From Patescibacteria group bacterium (GTDB lineage: Bacteria; Patescibacteriota; Microgenomatia; UBA8517): DNA of 64,000 nucleotides. The DNA lies in contig JBBTZT010000005.1 in assembly GCA_038061225.1 (NCBI GenBank), positions 19,646 through 83,645 on the forward strand, read 5' to 3'. The notes under the pieces are model-generated. The model had not been told where the DNA came from, searched no databases, and saw only the letters and a program-made list of their open reading frames with translations. The position numbers and the translations under genes are program-made. Shown piece after piece: positions 60,043-64,000 of this stretch; within the stretch, counting starts at the first letter, position 1; each line of letters starts with the position of its first letter.

Positions 60043-61116
60043 TTACAACATCCCTTTTGTAATTCTGATTTTGTTTAAAAGTGATAAATCGTCAAGTAAT
60101 TTTCCACAACCTCTAACTACACAAGTTAATGGATCTTCAGCAATATAAACTGGCATTTTAGTAGCATCTGCCACTGCTTTTTCTATTCCATGTATCATTG
60201 CACCACCACCTGCTAAATAAATTCCTTTTTTCATAATATCTGAGACAAGTTCTGGTGGAGTTTCTTCTAAAGTATCAGAAATACCTGTAATAATTTCATG
60301 TATTATTGGTCCTAAAGCCTCTCTTATTTCTCCATCAGTTAATTTAATAGACCTAGGAAGTCCATTTTCAAGATCTCTTCCACGAATTACAAAACTTTTT
60401 GGTTTGTCGTAATTTACTGCTGATCCAATAGCAATTTTTACAGCTTCTGCTGATGATTGACCCAGAAGAAGTGAATATTTTAATTTTACATAATTTATTA
60501 TGGCTTCATCCATTTCATCCCCAGCAATACGCAATGACCTACCTATTACAATTCCACCCAATGAAATTACAGCAATTTCTGAAGTTCCCCCACCAATATC
60601 TACTATAAAGTTACCCTCAGGATGGGAAACATCGAGCCCGGCTCCGATCGCGGCAGCCATTGGTTCTTCAATTAAATCTACTCTTCTTGCACCCGCGTCT
60701 AACGCGGCATCAGCCACAGCTCTTCTTTCAACTTCAGTAACACCTGATGGAATACCGACAATTACATGTGGTCTTGGAATACGTGGCATATTTCCACCAG
60801 TTTCATGAACTTTTTTAATATAGTGAGTTAATATTGAAGAAGCTGCATCAAAATCAGCAATAACTCCATCTCTAAGTGGTCTTATTACTTCAATTGTAGA
60901 AGGAGCTCTTCCAATCATTTTTTTAGCTGGAGCACCAATTGCCAATATCTCTTTTGTTTTTTTATTTCTAGCAACAGCAGAGGGTTCTCTAATTGCAACG
61001 CCTTTGCCTTTTATGTAAACAAGTGTATTTGAAGTTCCAAGATCAATCCCTAGATCAGTCGAAAAAAAACCAAGGATTAAATTAACCGGATTTGCTATAC
61101 TTTTAAATATCATCAT
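60043..61116 (-). CDS. mreB: Rod shape-determining protein MreB
   Basis: DLGIDLGTSNT, RPLRDGVIADF, IEEPMAAAIGAG, DIGGGT, AEDPLTCV; start uncertain (ATG 61116 or 61113). Confidence 0.95.
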   Translation of the reverse strand: MMIFKSIANPVNLILGFFSTDLGIDLGTSNTLVYIKGKGVAIREPSAVARNKKTKEILAIGAPAKKMIGRAPSTIEVIRPLRDGVIADFDAASSILTHYIKKVHETGGNMPRIPRPHVIVGIPSGVTEVERRAVADAALDAGARRVDLIEEPMAAAIGAGLDVSHPEGNFIVDIGGGTSEIAVISLGGIVIGRSLRIAGDEMDEAIINYVKLKYSLLLGQSSAEAVKIAIGSAVNYDKPKSFVIRGRDLENGLPRSIKLTDGEIREALGPIIHEIITGISDTLEETPPELVSDIMKKGIYLAGGGAMIHGIEKAVADATKMPVYIAEDPLTCVVRGCGKLLDDLSLLNKIRITKGML

Positions 61117-63052
61117 GATTCCAGTACTTTTTAACATATTATTTTTAATCTTACCACTTACCTTTTTCAAAACCACATCAGAACTCTTTGAATTCAATAA
61201 AGTTATAGTTCTTTATCTTTTTACAAGTTTGATTGTATCAGGATGGCTTATTGAGTCAATCAAACAAAGAAAATTTATATTTCGTCCCACTAAATTAGAT
61301 GTTCCCTTAGTCATCTATTTATCCATTTATTTGATCAGTACTTTATTTTCAATAGACCCTAGAACTTCGTGGCTTGGCTATTATTCCAGATTTAACGGCG
61401 GACTAATAACTCAAGTCTGCTATGTATTTCTTTACTGGGCTTTTGTCAGTAACCTCGACAAAAAGCAATCACTAAGTACTTTGTACTATGTACTGTCATC
61501 TACTGCAATAGCATCGTTATTAGCAGTTTTAGAGCATTTCGGTTTCTTTGCAACTTGTGGGATGATGAATTTTGGCTGGCGTGAATCATGCTGGGTACAA
61601 GATGTTCAAACAAGAGTTTTTAGTACATTAGGCCAGCCCAACTGGCTCGCCGCTTTACTAGTTGCACTAATACCATTTACTTGGAGAAAGTCATACAAGT
61701 ATTATTTATTGTCAATTTTGTTTTTTGTAACCTTATTATTTACAAAGTCTCGATCAGGATTATTAGCCTTTGGAATTGAAGCAATTATTTTTTGGGGATT
61801 TGTTTTTTGGCAAAGTAGATTTAAGTTTATAAAAGAATTTTTGATTTTATTTTTAAGTTCTATTATTTTATTTTTTGCTTTTAGTTCACCATTCACTAAT
61901 CACCAGTCGCCAACCGCTACTTCTGAGGGCCCTGCTCTTGAATCCGGCGGGACAGAAAGCAGTACTATCCGTAAATTCGTTTGGCTTGGAGCATTAGAGG
62001 TATTTAGACATTATCCAATTTTAGGAACTGGTCCTGAAACTTTTGCCTTTTCGTATCCAATGTTTAAACCAGTAGGACATAACTTAACTTCAGAATGGGA
62101 TTTTATATACAACAAGGCACATAATGAGTTTCTTAATATCTTGGCTAATGTCGGTTTACTTGGTTTCTTGTCATATATATCTATAATTATTTTTTCATTT
62201 TTGCAAATTACTAATTATTCTAAGTGCACTAATTTCAAAAATTATTTAGGTCAATTAGGTAAATTAGGTCAATTAGAAATTGGATTGCTTTCTGGTTATA
62301 TAGCAATTCTTGTTACAAACTTCTTTGGTTTTTCAATTGTTCCAGTTTCACTTCTTTTCTTTTTATTACCAGCAATTGCATTAGTAAGTAATAGTGATTA
62401 CAAAATTCATTTAAATAAAACGAGATTAAAAACATTTGAAAAACTTGCAATTCTTGGAGTTTTGCTTACTACATACTACATACTACATACTACATACAAT
62501 TATTGGAAAGCAGATATCAATTACAATATTGCTAGAAACTTAAACAGGTCAAATAAACCTGAGGAAGCAATAATAGAAATAAATAAAGCATTGCTAACTT
62601 CAGCAAATGAATCTATATATTTGTATGAATTGGCTTTAGCAGATACTAAAGTTGAAACTGCAAATAAAGCACTAAAATTAACCCCCTATAATCAAAATGT
62701 TAGAAAAATGCTAATTAATAATTTAGTTAAAAATGCAGACACAGATCCTAATAATTTAAAACTTGCCGAAAATGTTATTAAAGATGGCATTAAGTTGTCC
62801 CCTAATGACCCAAAACTTTATTATCAACAGGCAATATTACAATTAAAAATTGCAAAGAATAATGAGGCAGTCGCTAATTTACAAAAAACAATTGAATTAA
62901 AACCAAATTATAAAGAAGGAAGATATGCACTGGGGATGATATATAAATCTTTAAATAAAATTGAAGAGGCAAAAAAAGAATTTAAATATATCTTAAAAAA
63001 TATCGATCCAAATGATGAACTAACCCAAAAAAATCTAGAAGAATTAATGTAG
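61115..63052 (+). CDS. O-antigen ligase/oligosaccharyltransferase-like membrane protein with C-terminal TPRs
   Basis: RVFSTLGQPNWLA, TKSRSG, GTGPETF, AHNEFL, TPR helices at the C-terminus. Confidence 0.85.
   Translation: MIPVLFNILFLILPLTFFKTTSELFEFNKVIVLYLFTSLIVSGWLIESIKQRKFIFRPTKLDVPLVIYLSIYLISTLFSIDPRTSWLGYYSRFNGGLITQVCYVFLYWAFVSNLDKKQSLSTLYYVLSSTAIASLLAVLEHFGFFATCGMMNFGWRESCWVQDVQTRVFSTLGQPNWLAALLVALIPFTWRKSYKYYLLSILFFVTLLFTKSRSGLLAFGIEAIIFWGFVFWQSRFKFIKEFLILFLSSIILFFAFSSPFTNHQSPTATSEGPALESGGTESSTIRKFVWLGALEVFRHYPILGTGPETFAFSYPMFKPVGHNLTSEWDFIYNKAHNEFLNILANVGLLGFLSYISIIIFSFLQITNYSKCTNFKNYLGQLGKLGQLEIGLLSGYIAILVTNFFGFSIVPVSLLFFLLPAIALVSNSDYKIHLNKTRLKTFEKLAILGVLLTTYYILHTTYNYWKADINYNIARNLNRSNKPEEAIIEINKALLTSANESIYLYELALADTKVETANKALKLTPYNQNVRKMLINNLVKNADTDPNNLKLAENVIKDGIKLSPNDPKLYYQQAILQLKIAKNNEAVANLQKTIELKPNYKEGRYALGMIYKSLNKIEEAKKEFKYILKNIDPNDELTQKNLEELM
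62467..62494. repeat. Perfect (TACTACA)x4 heptamer array within the O-antigen ligase-like gene
   Basis: Encodes TTYYILHTT. Confidence 0.9.
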
Positions 63053-63077
63053 CCTCAATGATGATATAATTGACTAT

Positions 63078-63614
63078 ATGGTACAAAAAATAATTCAGTC
63101 TGGTGATCCAATATTAAGACGTGTTAGTAAACCAATTAAGTCAATAGATCGTAAAATCATAAGATTAATTCAAGATTTAAAAGATACTTTATCTGTTCAA
63201 AAAGATCCTGAAGGTGTTGGTCTAGCCGCACCACAAATTGGAAAAAATTTAAGGGTGTTTGCTGTGAACTTCAAAAATTTTAAGCGTATTGTAATTAATC
63301 CAGAAATAATTGAGGCAAAAGATTCAAGATCTAAGATCAAAGATCAAAGATCTACAAAATCGGAGATTTTGGAGGGTTGTCTTTCACTTCCCCATTACTA
63401 TGGTCCATTAAAAAGAGAGGGTTTAATAAAAATAAAATATTTAGATGAAAATGGAAAAGAAATAATAGAAGAATTTAAAGATTTTGATGCCCAAATAATA
63501 TTGCACGAAATTGATCATCTAAATGGATTTTTATTTATAGATAGATTATTAGAACAAAAAAAGAAACTTTATAAACTTGATGAAAAAGATGAGTGGGAGG
63601 AGGTGGAGATATAG
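63078..63614 (+). CDS. def: Peptide deformylase
   Basis: GVGLAAPQIG, EGCLS, HEIDHLNG. Confidence 0.97.
   Translation: MVQKIIQSGDPILRRVSKPIKSIDRKIIRLIQDLKDTLSVQKDPEGVGLAAPQIGKNLRVFAVNFKNFKRIVINPEIIEAKDSRSKIKDQRSTKSEILEGCLSLPHYYGPLKREGLIKIKYLDENGKEIIEEFKDFDAQIILHEIDHLNGFLFIDRLLEQKKKLYKLDEKDEWEEVEI
63319..63353. repeat. (AAGATCN)x5 heptamer array within def
   Basis: Encodes KDSRSKIKDQRS; the same unit family occurs in holB (12152-12179) and recR (46051-46080). Confidence 0.88.
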
Positions 63615-63658
63615 AATTAATCTAATTATTCTAATTTCTAATTAACCTAAACAAAACA

Positions 63659-64000
63659 ATGGAAAACAAAAAATTTGATCTTGAAGAAAGAACTGCTAAA
63701 TTTGGTGAATCAGTTATTGAATTTTGTTTAAAAATTCCAAAAAATGAGATTACTAGACCATTAATAACCCAGCTAGTTAAGGCTTCAACAAGTGTTGGTG
63801 CAAATTATTGCGAAGCAGATGATGCGGAAAGTGGTAAAGATTTTAAACACAAAATAGGCATTTGTAAAAAAGAAGCTCGTGAATCCAAACATTTCTTAAG
63901 AATGTTTGTTAAAACAAATCCAGAATTAATTGAAATTATTAGAAATTTATGGCAAGAAGCAAAAGAACTACACTTAATTTTCAATACAATTTATAAAAAA
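63659..64000 (+). CDS. Four-helix-bundle protein (23S rRNA-IVS/bAvd-like family), runs off the right edge
   Basis: Not in the ORF track. Reads MENKKFDLEERTAKFG...QLVKASTSVGANYCEADDAESGKDFKHKIGICKKEARES, the typical Q+.+..TS+GAN..EA....S..DF..K......E..E signature. Confidence 0.88.
   Translation, partial: MENKKFDLEERTAKFGESVIEFCLKIPKNEITRPLITQLVKASTSVGANYCEADDAESGKDFKHKIGICKKEARESKHFLRMFVKTNPELIEIIRNLWQEAKELHLIFNTIYKK

Noticed and set aside
63659-64000. Diversity-generating retroelement suggested by the Avd-like fold
   Set aside because: No reverse transcriptase and no template/variable repeat pair with adenine-specific mismatches seen in the window.

Overview
AT-rich chromosome segment of a small-genome bacterium, most likely Patescibacteria/CPR (Microgenomates-like). 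This is inferred from gene content, domain-trimmed housekeeping proteins and the pilB-pilT-pilC locus; TGA serves as a stop, so code 11 applies. From about 7.8 kb to 64 kb it is mostly core genome: type IV pilus motors, gyrB/gyrA, H+-PPase, one Xer recombinase with a candidate dif site, tRNA-Leu(CAA), dnaB, translation genes, dnaX-ybaB-recR, topA-dprA, mreB-pbp2 and def. The left 7.8 kb is an accessory region stacked at the 3' end of pilC, whose C-terminal coding sequence occurs three times (7833, 2988, 2941). These copies delimit two cassettes. One carries NUDIX, GDPD, kinase, HIT-like and PvcA/Dit1 isocyanide-synthase-like genes. The other is a compact RiPP locus: a Cys-rich 61-aa precursor with its own promoter and Shine-Dalgarno, a stand-alone YcaO, a SagB-type dehydrogenase and a histidine phosphatase. 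A second layer runs through the core genes: many 7-mer/9-mer tandem arrays and three families of short GC-rich palindromes written in frame into conserved proteins. The same 9-mer family precedes a four-helix-bundle gene at the right edge. All calls come from reading motifs by eye; no database searches were run.
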